This document shows positions 37,709 through 46,244 of a DNA stretch of 64,000 nucleotides, piece by piece (within the stretch, counting starts at the first letter, position 1; each line of letters starts with the position of its first letter). Under the pieces are notes generated by a model. The model did not search any database. It was not told the DNA's origin and saw nothing but the letters and a program-made list of their open reading frames with translations. Source of the stretch: Thermoanaerobaculia bacterium. GTDB lineage: Bacteria > Acidobacteriota > Thermoanaerobaculia > UBA5066 > Gp7-AA6. The stretch lies in NCBI GenBank assembly GCA_038253555.1, contig JBBSGZ010000003.1, forward strand, positions 13 to 64,012, read 5' to 3'. The translations under genes were made by a program, and so were the position numbers.

Positions 37709-38365
37709 CTGATCGGAATCATCTCGGACACCCACGGGCTCATCCGACGTGAAGCTCTCGCGTCCCTGGCCGGAAGCGCCCTGATTCTCCACGCGGGAGA
37801 CGTCGGCGGGGAGCACGTTCTCGCGGCCCTCTCGGACATCGCTCCGGTCCTGGCGGTCCGAGGCAACAACGACCGGGGAGCGTTGGGGAACGACTTGCCG
37901 GAGAACCTGCAGCTGGAAATCGGAGGCCGGCGGCTCTTCCTCGTGCACGAGCGGCTCGCCGTTCCGGTGGATCCATCGTCCTTCGGCTATTCGGTGGTTG
38001 TCACCGGCCACTCGCATCAACCGGCGATCGAGGAGCGAGGAGGCGTGATGTTCGTGAATCCCGGTGCCGCGGGGCACCGACGCTTCCGCCTGCCCGTCAC
38101 GGTCGCGCGGATGCGAATCACGCGCGACACGGTGTCGGCGGAGATCGTCGTTCTCGACTTGCACCCCGCCCCGTCCGGAACCTCGCAGGAGAGAAGAGAC
38201 AGAGGACGCTCGTCAGGTTTCTCCGGTGTCAGATTCCCGGGCGGCTGCCGGCCTCACCGTCGTCCCGGTCCCGGGTCAGCCCCCGGATCCAGCGCCGGTA
38301 CCACGCCTCCAGGTTCAGGAGGAGCCAGACCTTGTTGTTGCGGCGCTGCGTTCCGGACTCGATGA
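37709..38365 (+). CDS. MJ0936/YfcE-family metallophosphoesterase; start codon non-canonical or undetermined
   Basis: The conserved motifs GIISDTHG, HAGDVGG and VRGNND lie upstream of the first ATG/GTG/TTG of the frame (TTG 37883). The frame is open from 37424. CTG at 37709 is the nearest plausible start. The GHSH motif lies downstream. The low-complexity tail overlaps the asnB 3' end. Confidence 0.55.
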   Translation: MIGIISDTHGLIRREALASLAGSALILHAGDVGGEHVLAALSDIAPVLAVRGNNDRGALGNDLPENLQLEIGGRRLFLVHERLAVPVDPSSFGYSVVVTGHSHQPAIEERGGVMFVNPGAAGHRRFRLPVTVARMRITRDTVSAEIVVLDLHPAPSGTSQERRDRGRSSGFSGVRFPGGCRPHRRPGPGSAPGSSAGTTPPGSGGARPCCCGAAFRTR

Positions 38366-40118
38366 AGCGCCGAACTTCGCGGGGACGGATGACCCCGTCC
38401 GCCGCGAGGTCCCCCCGTTCGAGCAGTTGAAACGCGGCTTCGCGGTTTTCTCCTCCGACCCACGTCTTGAAGGGCGTCGAGAAGCCGGCCTTCGATCGCG
38501 TACGGATCTCCTCGGGCAGCCAGGGATCGATCGCCTCCCGGAAGGCGATCTTGGTGGTGCCGGGCCGGAACAGCCGGTCGGGGCGGAGAGAGAAGGCGTA
38601 CTCCACGAGCTGGCGATCGAGGAGAGGGACCCGCGCCTCGAGGCCAACCGCCATGGTCGACCGGTCGACCTGCATGAGGTTGTTGTCGGGGAGGTAGGTG
38701 TGGATGTCGAGAAAGAGCAGCCGGTGCGCCAGCGGGAGGTCGGGCCGGTCGAATTTGCGGAAGAGCCACGCCGGGTCGCGGGGCCGCGGGCCGAGAATGC
38801 GATCCTGTTCAGCCGCGCCGAAGAATCCGCGTACGGGAAAGTACCGGTCGATGAAATCGGGAGCGAGGAGCCGGGCCGATCCTGCCGCCCGCGATCCCAG
38901 CGGCAGTCGGGCGAGAGGGGCGATGGCCCCCCGGTACGCGCCGGAAAGAACGGCCTGGAAGGGGCCGAAGCCCCGGCGCATCCCCTCGTACCGCATGACC
39001 GTCTCGTCCCACCCGTACCCACCGAAGATCTCGTCTCCCCCGTCGCCGGTCAGCACGACCTTGACCTCCCGGCGCGCGAGTGCGGAGACTCCCCCTACCG
39101 CGAGCACGCTCGAGTCGTAAAGGGGTTCGTCATAAACCTCGGCGGAGTAGGCGAGCGTCGAGGACAGGTCGCCGATGTCGAGAACGTCTTCCTGATGACG
39201 CGTTTCAAACGCCTCCGCGGCGATCTTCGCGTAACGCATGTCGTCCATGTCGCCGCCTCGGAACCCCACCGTGAACGTCGGCATGCCCGGAATCTCGCGC
39301 GAGGCCCTCTGGACGACGGTGGTCGAGTCGAGCCCTCCCGAGAGGAAGGCCCCGACCGGGACGTCCGAGACCAGGTGCGAGATGACCGCCGAGTCGAGCC
39401 GGGATCTCAGCTCCTCGGGATCGTCGGACACCGCACCGCGCTCGAGACGCCAGAAGGGCTCGACGACGACCGATCCCCCGGCGCGTTCGAAAAGGAGACG
39501 GTGAGCCGGCGGAACCTTTCTTATCCCCGCGAAGATGCAGCGGTCGAATGGAACGTAGCCGTAGGAGAGAAAGTCCGAGACCGCATCCGGTTCGAGTCGC
39601 GCCGACACCCCGGGAAGCGCCAGCAGCGCCTTGGGCTCGGACGCGAACGCCAGCCCTCCGGCGAGCCGCGTGTAATAAAGGGGCTTGATCCCCAGACGGT
39701 CGCGGGCGAGGAGAAGCTGTCCCGAGCGGTCGTTCCACAACGCGAGCGCGAACATGCCCTCGAGCCGGGACAGCGCTTCGGGGCCCTCGATCCGGAGCAG
39801 CCGATGGGCGACCTCGCCATCGCTTTCGGAGACAAACCTCTCTCCCCGGTTCTCGAGGTCCCTGCGGACTTCCCGGAAGTTGTAGATCTCCCCGTTATGG
39901 ATGAACGCGGAGGTGCGGTCCGGCGCGAGGGAGGGCTCCTCGCCGCGAATGGAGGGATCGAGGATCGCGAGGCGGCGATGGCCGAGGATCGCCGTCCCGT
40001 CGCCGCTCTGCCACTGCCCGGTCCCGTCCGGACCTCGGCGGTTCAAGGTCTCGAGAGCGCGATCTATGGGGCGGGAGTCGAGGACGTCCCGACCGACCCA
40101 TCCGACGATGCCGCACAC
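38229..40118 (-). CDS. asnB: Asparagine synthase (glutamine-hydrolysing) family amidotransferase
   Basis: GTG-TGC start giving MCGIVG (Ntn Cys2). SGGLDS PP-loop. Confidence 0.9.
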   Translation of the reverse strand: MCGIVGWVGRDVLDSRPIDRALETLNRRGPDGTGQWQSGDGTAILGHRRLAILDPSIRGEEPSLAPDRTSAFIHNGEIYNFREVRRDLENRGERFVSESDGEVAHRLLRIEGPEALSRLEGMFALALWNDRSGQLLLARDRLGIKPLYYTRLAGGLAFASEPKALLALPGVSARLEPDAVSDFLSYGYVPFDRCIFAGIRKVPPAHRLLFERAGGSVVVEPFWRLERGAVSDDPEELRSRLDSAVISHLVSDVPVGAFLSGGLDSTTVVQRASREIPGMPTFTVGFRGGDMDDMRYAKIAAEAFETRHQEDVLDIGDLSSTLAYSAEVYDEPLYDSSVLAVGGVSALARREVKVVLTGDGGDEIFGGYGWDETVMRYEGMRRGFGPFQAVLSGAYRGAIAPLARLPLGSRAAGSARLLAPDFIDRYFPVRGFFGAAEQDRILGPRPRDPAWLFRKFDRPDLPLAHRLLFLDIHTYLPDNNLMQVDRSTMAVGLEARVPLLDRQLVEYAFSLRPDRLFRPGTTKIAFREAIDPWLPEEIRTRSKAGFSTPFKTWVGGENREAAFQLLERGDLAADGVIRPREVRRFIESGTQRRNNKVWLLLNLEAWYRRWIRGLTRDRDDGEAGSRPGI

Positions 40119-40126
40119 CGCCTAGC

Positions 40127-40154
40127 CGTGAGGGGTCAGGCGTGAGGGATCAGG
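40127..40154. repeat. Tandem 14-nt direct repeat upstream of asnB
   Basis: cgtgaggggtcagg / cgtgagggatcagg (13/14 match). It is mirrored by four tcacg motifs at 40204-40230, around a GATTC-N5-GAATC palindrome at 40177-40191. Confidence 0.6.
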
Positions 40155-40225
40155 CGGACGACGGCACTCGGGTGCGGATTCTTTTCGAATCTTCGGGTTG
40201 CGTCTCACGCTTCACGCCTCACGTT

Positions 40226-40423
40226 TCACGATGGGAACGGGTACATCAGCCAGGCGACCGCGAGCCCTCCCACGATCAGCGCGCTGAAAATCTTCGCGAA
40301 GAGCGCGAGCCGGTCTCGCCGTTCGTTGCGCCAGACGAGCGCGAAGAAGACCGAGACGAGAAACGCGTACAACGCCATGATCAGGAAGTGGTCCACCGGA
40401 ACGAGAACGGCGAGAGGCGTCAC
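40226..40423 (-). CDS. Small two-TM membrane protein (65 aa)
   Basis: The GTG at 40423 forms a GTGA overlap with the upstream stop. Two hydrophobic helices (LAVLVPVDHFLIMALYAFLVSVFFALV; IFSALIVGGLAVAWLMY). Confidence 0.4.
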   Translation of the reverse strand: MTPLAVLVPVDHFLIMALYAFLVSVFFALVWRNERRDRLALFAKIFSALIVGGLAVAWLMYPFPS

Positions 40424-40809
40424 GCCTTGCGACCCACGGCGATGTCGAACGCGTCCAGCACGAGGAGCAGATTCATCAGGCCGGCGGTCAGGAGGTAGGC
40501 GCACCCGTACTCGTACGTCACGGCGAGCACCGCGCCGCCGGGGTTGTCGGAAAGCAGCCGGCCGGCGATGTTCAGGACGCCGGCGCCATACACGGCAAAA
40601 GTCGCCAGGATCGAAAGCGGTTGGCCGGGCTCGATCGAGTAGAGGCGCCCCTGAAAGGACATCCCGAGAAGGAAGGTGGTGGTGACGACCGCCGCGTAGG
40701 CGAGGGCCGTGCGCGGCCGGCGGAGATACGCGTGGCCGAGACCGGGAAACACCCACGCAAGCACGACGGCGATCCAGCGGCGCGAAGCGTTCGGAGCTTC
40801 CGGCTTCAC
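40420..40809 (-). CDS. Integral membrane protein, uncharacterised
   Basis: WIAVVLAWVFPGLGHAYL N-terminal motif and 3-4 hydrophobic helices. GTGA overlap with the HIT gene stop. Confidence 0.6.
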   Translation of the reverse strand: MKPEAPNASRRWIAVVLAWVFPGLGHAYLRRPRTALAYAAVVTTTFLLGMSFQGRLYSIEPGQPLSILATFAVYGAGVLNIAGRLLSDNPGGAVLAVTYEYGCAYLLTAGLMNLLLVLDAFDIAVGRKA

Positions 40810-41300
40810 TGAGCGTCACCCGCAAAAAGCGGGCGCAGTCGCGCCAGGGTCGCCGCCGGCTCCTCGGGGACCACCCGGACGTCTCCGGTCACGGTCATGA
40901 AGTTGGTGTCGCCGCTCCAGCGCGGAACCAGATGCACGTGGTAGTGATCCGCGACGCCCGCGCCCGCAGCTGAGCCGAAGTTGATCCCGACGTTCAAGCC
41001 ATCCGTCTTGTAGGCCGATGTGAGGATCCGCTCCGCTTTCGCGACGGTGCGGATGAGCTCTGTCAGCGTCTCGTCGGACGAGCGGGACAGCCGCGCCTCG
41101 TGATCATACGGGGCGACCATCACGTGACCGTTGGTGTAGGGATAGCGGTTCAGAATCACAAACACTCTCCGGCCGCGAAAAACGACGAGGGTTTCCAGGT
41201 CGCTTTCGGAAGCGGCGGCCTCGCAGAAAAAACAGTTCGTTCCCGACTTATCGGACACGAGGTATTCGTAGCGCCAGGGGGCGAAAAGGACGTCGGGCAT
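40806..41300 (-). CDS. HIT-family nucleotide hydrolase/phosphorylase (Ap4A phosphorylase-like branch)
   Basis: Histidine triad HYHVHLVPRW followed by GDTNFM. N-terminal APWRYEY and NRYPYTNGH motifs. Confidence 0.8.
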   Translation of the reverse strand: MPDVLFAPWRYEYLVSDKSGTNCFFCEAAASESDLETLVVFRGRRVFVILNRYPYTNGHVMVAPYDHEARLSRSSDETLTELIRTVAKAERILTSAYKTDGLNVGINFGSAAGAGVADHYHVHLVPRWSGDTNFMTVTGDVRVVPEEPAATLARLRPLFAGDAQ

Positions 41301-41308
41301 CGACCGCT

Positions 41309-41584
41309 TTAACGGTTGATGAGTTCTTTCAGTTCCTTGCCGGGCTTGAAATAAGGAATCTTTTTCGCGGGCACGGAGACCTTGACGCCCGTCTTCGGGT
41401 TGCGGCCCATGCGCGCGCCGCGCTCCCGGAGGCGAAAGGAGCCGAACCCCCGGAGCTCGATCTTCTGGCCTTCCTTCAGAGAGCGGACGATGGCGTCGAA
41501 AACGGTGTCAACGATCGCTTCTGCCTGCTTCTTGGTGACGTCGGTGGCGATGGCGACCCGCTCGATCAATTCCGCTTTCGTCAT
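41309..41584 (-). CDS. HU/IHF-family DNA-binding protein (IHF beta-like position)
   Basis: 91 aa. MTKAELIE...GFGSF..R.R.AR.GRNP.TG motif. Downstream of rpsA, as for ihfB in the cmk-rpsA-ihfB arrangement. Confidence 0.9.
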   Translation of the reverse strand: MTKAELIERVAIATDVTKKQAEAIVDTVFDAIVRSLKEGQKIELRGFGSFRLRERGARMGRNPKTGVKVSVPAKKIPYFKPGKELKELINR

Positions 41585-41676
41585 TCCTGTCCCTCGACGG
41601 AATGGGCGGAGGGGCGGGCGGACCCCGTTGCCCGGAAAACGTCCCGTGTACCCGTCGACATGCTCGGCTGGCCTGG

Positions 41677-43548
41677 CTAACTCTTCGGGGCGGCGTCTTC
41701 CGCCTTCTTACGGGTGCGTCTCTTCTTGACCGCGCCCTCGCCTTCGACAGCTTCTGCCGGTACCGGCGCGGGCGCTTCCGGCGAAGTCTGCTGAGGCGAC
41801 TGAGGCGGCTGAGGCGGAGCCGCAGCGGAGGCCTCCGGAGCGGGTTGCGAGGACGACGCCTGCACCTCGGGAGCCGGAGCCGGTTCGGTTTCGACCTCCG
41901 CTGCAGGCGGAGCGGCCTCGACGCCCTGACCGGAGAGACCCACCTTCATTTCCGCGTCCTCGATCCTAAGAATGCGGGCGCGCAGGGGATCCCCCTCCTT
42001 GTAGTGCTCCTGGGGCTTCTCGCCGCGTCCGACCGGCGTCTCGGAAACGTGCATCAGGCCCTCGACCAGCCCTTCGATCTGCACGAACACCCCGAAGTCC
42101 GCGACCCGGGTCACGATGCCGTCGACGACGTCGCCGGCCTGGTACTTGTCCTTGAAGGTCTGCCAGTCGTTTGGCTGAAATTCCTTGATGGAAAGAGAAA
42201 TGCGCCGGTTTTCCTGGTCGATCGACGTGATGATCGCTTCGACGTCGTCGCCCTTTTTGAGGACCTCGGACGGGTGCTTGATCCGCTTGGTCCACGACAT
42301 GTCGGACACGTGGACGAGCCCGTCGACGCCCTCTTCGATTTCGACAAATGCGCCGAAATCGGTGAGGTTCCGGACCTTGCCGTTCACCCGGCTGCCGATT
42401 GCGTACTTCTCGACCACGCTCTCCCAGGGATCGGGGAGCGTGTCTTTGAGGGACAGGGAAATGCGCCGGGCGTCGCGGTTCACGTCCGAGACGACCGCCT
42501 CGACGGTGTCTCCGGGAGACACGACCTTCGAAGGGTTCTTGACCTTCTTGGACCACGACATCTCGGAGACGTGCACCAGTCCCTCGACCCCTTCCTCGAG
42601 CTCGACGAAGGCGCCATAGTCGGTCACGTTGGTGACGCGGCCCGTCACGCGGGAGCCGGTCGGATAGCGCTCCGGCACGTGGCTCCAGGGGTCGTCGGTG
42701 AGCTGCTTGGTTCCGAGAGAGACGCGCTCGGTTTCGCGGTCGAATTTCAGGACGACGACGTCGATCTCATCGCTCACCTTCACCAGGTCGGACGGGTGAT
42801 TGACCCGTCCCCAGGACATGTCGGTGACGTGAAGAAGGCCGTCTAAACCGCCCAGGTCGACGAATGCGCCGTAATCTGTCAGGTTCTTGACGGTGCCGCG
42901 GAGCACCCGGCCCTCTTCGAGGAGCTGGAGCGTCTCCTTCTTCTTGGCTTCCTGCTCGACCTCGACCACGGCCTTGCGCGAAAGCACGATGTTCCCGCGC
43001 TTTTTGTCGACGGAAATGACCTTGAAATCGAGGTCCTTCCCGCGCAGAGACTCGAGGTTCTTGACGGGCTTGACGTCGACCAAGGAACCCGGCAGAAAGG
43101 CCTTCACGCCGATGTCGACCGCGAGGCCGCCCTTGATCCGGTCGATGACCCGGCCCCGGACGGTGGAACCCGAGCGGTAGGACTTCTCGACCTCGTCCCA
43201 CACCTTCATCTTTTCGGCCTTGTCCTTGGAGAGGACGACGTAGCCGTTCTGGTCTTCCGTGCGTTCCAGAAGGACGTCCACGGCGTCGCCGGGCTTCACC
43301 ATGACGTTGCCGGAGAAGTCGGTGAACTCCGAAACCGGAATCATGCCTTCTGACTTGTAACCGATGTCGACGATCACTTCAGAGGGGGTTACCGTGAGAA
43401 CCCGGCCCCGGATGATCTGACCTTCCTGGAGATTTTTGAACGAGTTTTCGTACTGAGCCAGGAGGTGCTCGTATTCCTGGGGCGTCATTTCTTGATCCGT
43501 TTGCATCGACTCGGTTTCCCGTCCCCCTTTATCGTTTTCAGCCTTCAT
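41677..43548 (-). CDS. rpsA: 30S ribosomal protein S1 with Pro/Ala-rich C-terminal extension
   Basis: Six S1 OB-fold repeats (recurrent G.V...T.FGAFV...G..GL.H.S). About 70-aa PA-rich tail ending in KKRRTRKK. Confidence 0.95.
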   Translation of the reverse strand: MKAENDKGGRETESMQTDQEMTPQEYEHLLAQYENSFKNLQEGQIIRGRVLTVTPSEVIVDIGYKSEGMIPVSEFTDFSGNVMVKPGDAVDVLLERTEDQNGYVVLSKDKAEKMKVWDEVEKSYRSGSTVRGRVIDRIKGGLAVDIGVKAFLPGSLVDVKPVKNLESLRGKDLDFKVISVDKKRGNIVLSRKAVVEVEQEAKKKETLQLLEEGRVLRGTVKNLTDYGAFVDLGGLDGLLHVTDMSWGRVNHPSDLVKVSDEIDVVVLKFDRETERVSLGTKQLTDDPWSHVPERYPTGSRVTGRVTNVTDYGAFVELEEGVEGLVHVSEMSWSKKVKNPSKVVSPGDTVEAVVSDVNRDARRISLSLKDTLPDPWESVVEKYAIGSRVNGKVRNLTDFGAFVEIEEGVDGLVHVSDMSWTKRIKHPSEVLKKGDDVEAIITSIDQENRRISLSIKEFQPNDWQTFKDKYQAGDVVDGIVTRVADFGVFVQIEGLVEGLMHVSETPVGRGEKPQEHYKEGDPLRARILRIEDAEMKVGLSGQGVEAAPPAAEVETEPAPAPEVQASSSQPAPEASAAAPPQPPQSPQQTSPEAPAPVPAEAVEGEGAVKKRRTRKKAEDAAPKS

Positions 43549-43593
43549 GCGAAGGAGAGTCCCCTCTCATAAGTATTTGATTTGCAAAAATAT

Positions 43594-43623
43594 AGTCTAC
43601 GTTGGGGGCGTCGGATGAGTCAA
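43594..43623 (-). promoter_or_regulatory. Sigma-70-like promoter candidate for rpsA
   Basis: On the minus strand: TTGACT (43623-43618), 18-nt spacer, TAGACT (43599-43594), in the AT-richer cmk-rpsA gap about 45 nt upstream of the ATG. Motif match only. Confidence 0.4.
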
Positions 43624-44300
43624 CCACCCGGCCGGAGCACCCGGCGCTCCATTTCGGCCACAACGGCCTCTGGAGTGAGGCTCCCCGTATCCAGGACGAC
43701 GTACCGGCCGTCCAGAGTCAGAGGGGAATCCTCCCGGCCGCTGTCGTCGGAATCCCGCTTCTCCATGTCGCGGAAAACGGCCTCATAGGGCTGGGGCGTC
43801 CCGCGGAGGGCGAGCTCGGCCGTCCGCCGGGCGGCCCGGATCTCCGGAGGCGCCGTCAGGAAGAACTTGAACGGGGTTTCGGGAAAGACGCGGGTGCCGA
43901 TGTCCCGCCCTTCCAGCACCCCCCCCCGCTCCCGTCCCAGCCTTTGCTGCTCGGAGACGAGCCGCCGCCGGACGGCCGGGATGGCCGATACGGCGGAGGC
44001 GTAGAGCGAGATCTCGGGCTCCCGAATGAGCTCCGTCACGTCACGCCCGTCCAAGAGCACGCGATCGCCTGCGGGATTGGCCGCCAGCTCCACGCGAACG
44101 GACTCGGCGATCCGGGCGGCGGCAGCGGGCTCGGTGATCGGCACCTGGAGGCCTCCGTCGCGGGCAGCCAGGCCGACGGCGCGGTACATGGCGCCCGTGT
44201 CGATGTAAGGAACGCCGAGGCGAGTCGCGAGTGCGCGGGCCGCTGTCGATTTTCCCGCCCCGGACGGGCCGTCGATCGCGACGATCAACGGCGGCGTCAC
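43620..44300 (-). CDS. cmk: Cytidylate kinase
   Basis: IAIDGPSGAGKST P-loop, IDTGAMYR motif. GTGA overlap with the rluB stop. Confidence 0.9.
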   Translation of the reverse strand: MTPPLIVAIDGPSGAGKSTAARALATRLGVPYIDTGAMYRAVGLAARDGGLQVPITEPAAAARIAESVRVELAANPAGDRVLLDGRDVTELIREPEISLYASAVSAIPAVRRRLVSEQQRLGRERGGVLEGRDIGTRVFPETPFKFFLTAPPEIRAARRTAELALRGTPQPYEAVFRDMEKRDSDDSGREDSPLTLDGRYVVLDTGSLTPEAVVAEMERRVLRPGG

Positions 44301-45226
44301 CGGGGGCGCGCCGGGCCTCGCTGGCGCTCCGGCGGGCTGGCCGGACCGCGCCCGTCCTCCGGCGCGCCCCGCCGCTCATCCGCGCGGCGAGGCCTCTCGC
44401 GTCCCCCGGCCGGGCGCGGTCGCCTTGCCGGCGGTTCCTCGCCACCCTTGGGGCCGGCGGCGAGAGAGGCCTTGAGCGCCGCGACTTCTGCCGCGGTGAG
44501 CCGCCGGAGCCGTCCGGGCGGGAGCCCTTCATCGCGGATCGGCCCTATCGCGACCCGCTTCAGCTTGGAGACCTGATGTCCGATCACCTCGAACATGCGG
44601 CGGATCTGGCGGCTTCGCCCTTCCCGCAGCGTGACTCGAAACCAGGCGTTGCCCTCCCCGCGACCCGCCGTCGTGCGGATCGGCGCGATCTCGCAGGAGC
44701 GGGTCCGGATTCCGTCGAGCACGATCCCGCGCCGCAGCCGCTCGAGGTCCTTTTCCGAAGGCACCCCCGAAACCTTGACGCTGTATTCCTTGGCGCATCC
44801 GATCGAGGGGTGCGTCACGTCGCGGGCGAGGTCCCCGTCGTCGGTCAGGAGGAGCAGGCCCTCGGTTCCGACGTCGAGGCGTCCGACGGGACGGACTCCA
44901 GCGCGCAGAGTCCCGGGAACGAGATCCATGACGGTGTCCCGCCGCTCGGGGTCCGACATCGTGGTCACGTATCCCTTCGGCTTGTTCAAGAGCAGATATG
45001 TCCTCTCCGCAGCGGGAGGACGGATGCGCTTGCCATCGACCTTCACGGCGTCCTTCTCCGGGTCCGCGCGGTCGCCCAGGGAAGCGACCTGCCCGTTGAC
45101 GGAGACGCGCCCCTCGCGGATCCACTCCTCCGCTTCGCGGCGCGAGGCGAGCCCTGCGCGGGAGAGCACTTTCTGAAGGCGCTCGACTCCGTCGCCTCCG
45201 CTCACTGCGGGACGCTTATTCGCCAT
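44297..45226 (-). CDS. rluB: 23S rRNA pseudouridine synthase, RsuA/RluB family, with basic C-terminal tail
   Basis: S4 domain (RLQKVLSRAGLASRREAEEWI), catalytic GRLDVGTEGLLLLT, Arg/Pro/Gly-rich tail. Confidence 0.85.
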   Translation of the reverse strand: MANKRPAVSGGDGVERLQKVLSRAGLASRREAEEWIREGRVSVNGQVASLGDRADPEKDAVKVDGKRIRPPAAERTYLLLNKPKGYVTTMSDPERRDTVMDLVPGTLRAGVRPVGRLDVGTEGLLLLTDDGDLARDVTHPSIGCAKEYSVKVSGVPSEKDLERLRRGIVLDGIRTRSCEIAPIRTTAGRGEGNAWFRVTLREGRSRQIRRMFEVIGHQVSKLKRVAIGPIRDEGLPPGRLRRLTAAEVAALKASLAAGPKGGEEPPARRPRPAGGRERPRRADERRGAPEDGRGPASPPERQRGPARPR

Positions 45227-45249
45227 TGAGGTGTTCGAGCCACAAGGGG

Positions 45250-45292
45250 ACCCTCTCCCCGCGCTCGGGGAGAGGGTTCGAGTGAGGGGGCG
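45250..45292. repeat. Dispersed repeat, core-only copy in inverted orientation (perfect hairpin)
   Basis: ccctctcccc-gcgctc-ggggagaggg (45251-45276) plus ttcgagtgaggggg. The reverse complement matches the core of the repeats at 22741-22780 and 63880-63920. Confidence 0.7.
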
Positions 45293-45331
45293 GGCCCCGC
45301 TCCCGATCGATCGGCGAGCGCTCGTTCGACC

Positions 45332-46237
45332 TCAGTCGTCTTCATCGTCGTCCTCGTCCTCGTCGTCGTCGTCGTCTTCGTCGTCTGCCTCGTCGTCTGC
45401 CTCGTCGTCCACCTCATCTTCGGCGGCGGGGTGGGAGCCGACGATAGCCCTGGCGCCGGGAGATGCGTCGGCGTCGTCCTCTTCCTCGTCCCCCTCGTGG
45501 TCGTGATCCTCCGTCGAGCCGAGGCCCGAAACGAGGCCGGCCGCGCCGGCCGCGGCGATCGGGAGGGAGCCGTCTGAAACCGTGGCGGCGAGGTCCTCTT
45601 CGATCTCCTCGGGGCGAGGCAGCTCTTCGAGCTCGTTCAACCCGAATCGCACGAGGAAGTCGGGTGTCGTCTTGTAGAGGAACGGCGTCCCGACCACGGC
45701 TTTCTTTCCCGCCGTCGTGATGAGCTTCTTCTCGAACAGCGTCTTTAAGACCGACGCGGAGTTGACGCCGCGGATGTCCTGGACCTCCGGGAGGGTGATC
45801 GGCTGGCGGTACGCGATGATCGCGAGGGTCTCGAGCGCGGCGAGCGAGAGTCGGCTGCGCTCGCTGACCTCGTGGAAGCGGCGCAGGAGAGAGTCGAACT
45901 CGGGCCGCGTCACGAAACGCCACCCGCCGCCGACGTGCTCGAGGCGCACGCCGCGGTGAGGAGCGTCGGTTTCGGCCGCGAGCGAGGCGAGGGCTTCGCG
46001 GACCGCCTCGGGCGTCGCTTCCAGAACGCCGGCCAGGTCCCGCTCGGAGACCGGGCGCGGCGAGGAGAAAAGGACCGCTTCCGCGGCGTCGCGGATCTTC
46101 TCGGCCCGGGTCTCCCTCGGCTTTTCGACCGCCGGAGGTTCTCCCGGCGCCGTCCCCTGGCCGGCGGGCGCGTCGCCGGTTTCGGGGGCCGCGTCCGGCG
46201 TCTGCGCGGGCGTCTCTTCGGACGCGGTGGAGGTCAT
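45332..46237 (-). CDS. scpB: Segregation and condensation protein B with poly-acidic C-terminal tail
   Basis: ATG at 46237. AEAVLFSSPRPVS motif and two winged-helix-like halves. The last ~35 residues are almost entirely Asp/Glu. Confidence 0.85.
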   Translation of the reverse strand: MTSTASEETPAQTPDAAPETGDAPAGQGTAPGEPPAVEKPRETRAEKIRDAAEAVLFSSPRPVSERDLAGVLEATPEAVREALASLAAETDAPHRGVRLEHVGGGWRFVTRPEFDSLLRRFHEVSERSRLSLAALETLAIIAYRQPITLPEVQDIRGVNSASVLKTLFEKKLITTAGKKAVVGTPFLYKTTPDFLVRFGLNELEELPRPEEIEEDLAATVSDGSLPIAAAGAAGLVSGLGSTEDHDHEGDEEEDDADASPGARAIVGSHPAAEDEVDDEADDEADDEDDDDDEDEDDDEDD

Positions 46238-46244
46238 CGTTTTC

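Noticed and set aside
40127-40230. Short CGTGAGG/TCACG repeats checked as a possible CRISPR array, along with other repeats in the window
   Set aside because: The units are 7-14 nt with no 25-40-nt repeat/spacer periodicity. No cas genes are present in the window.
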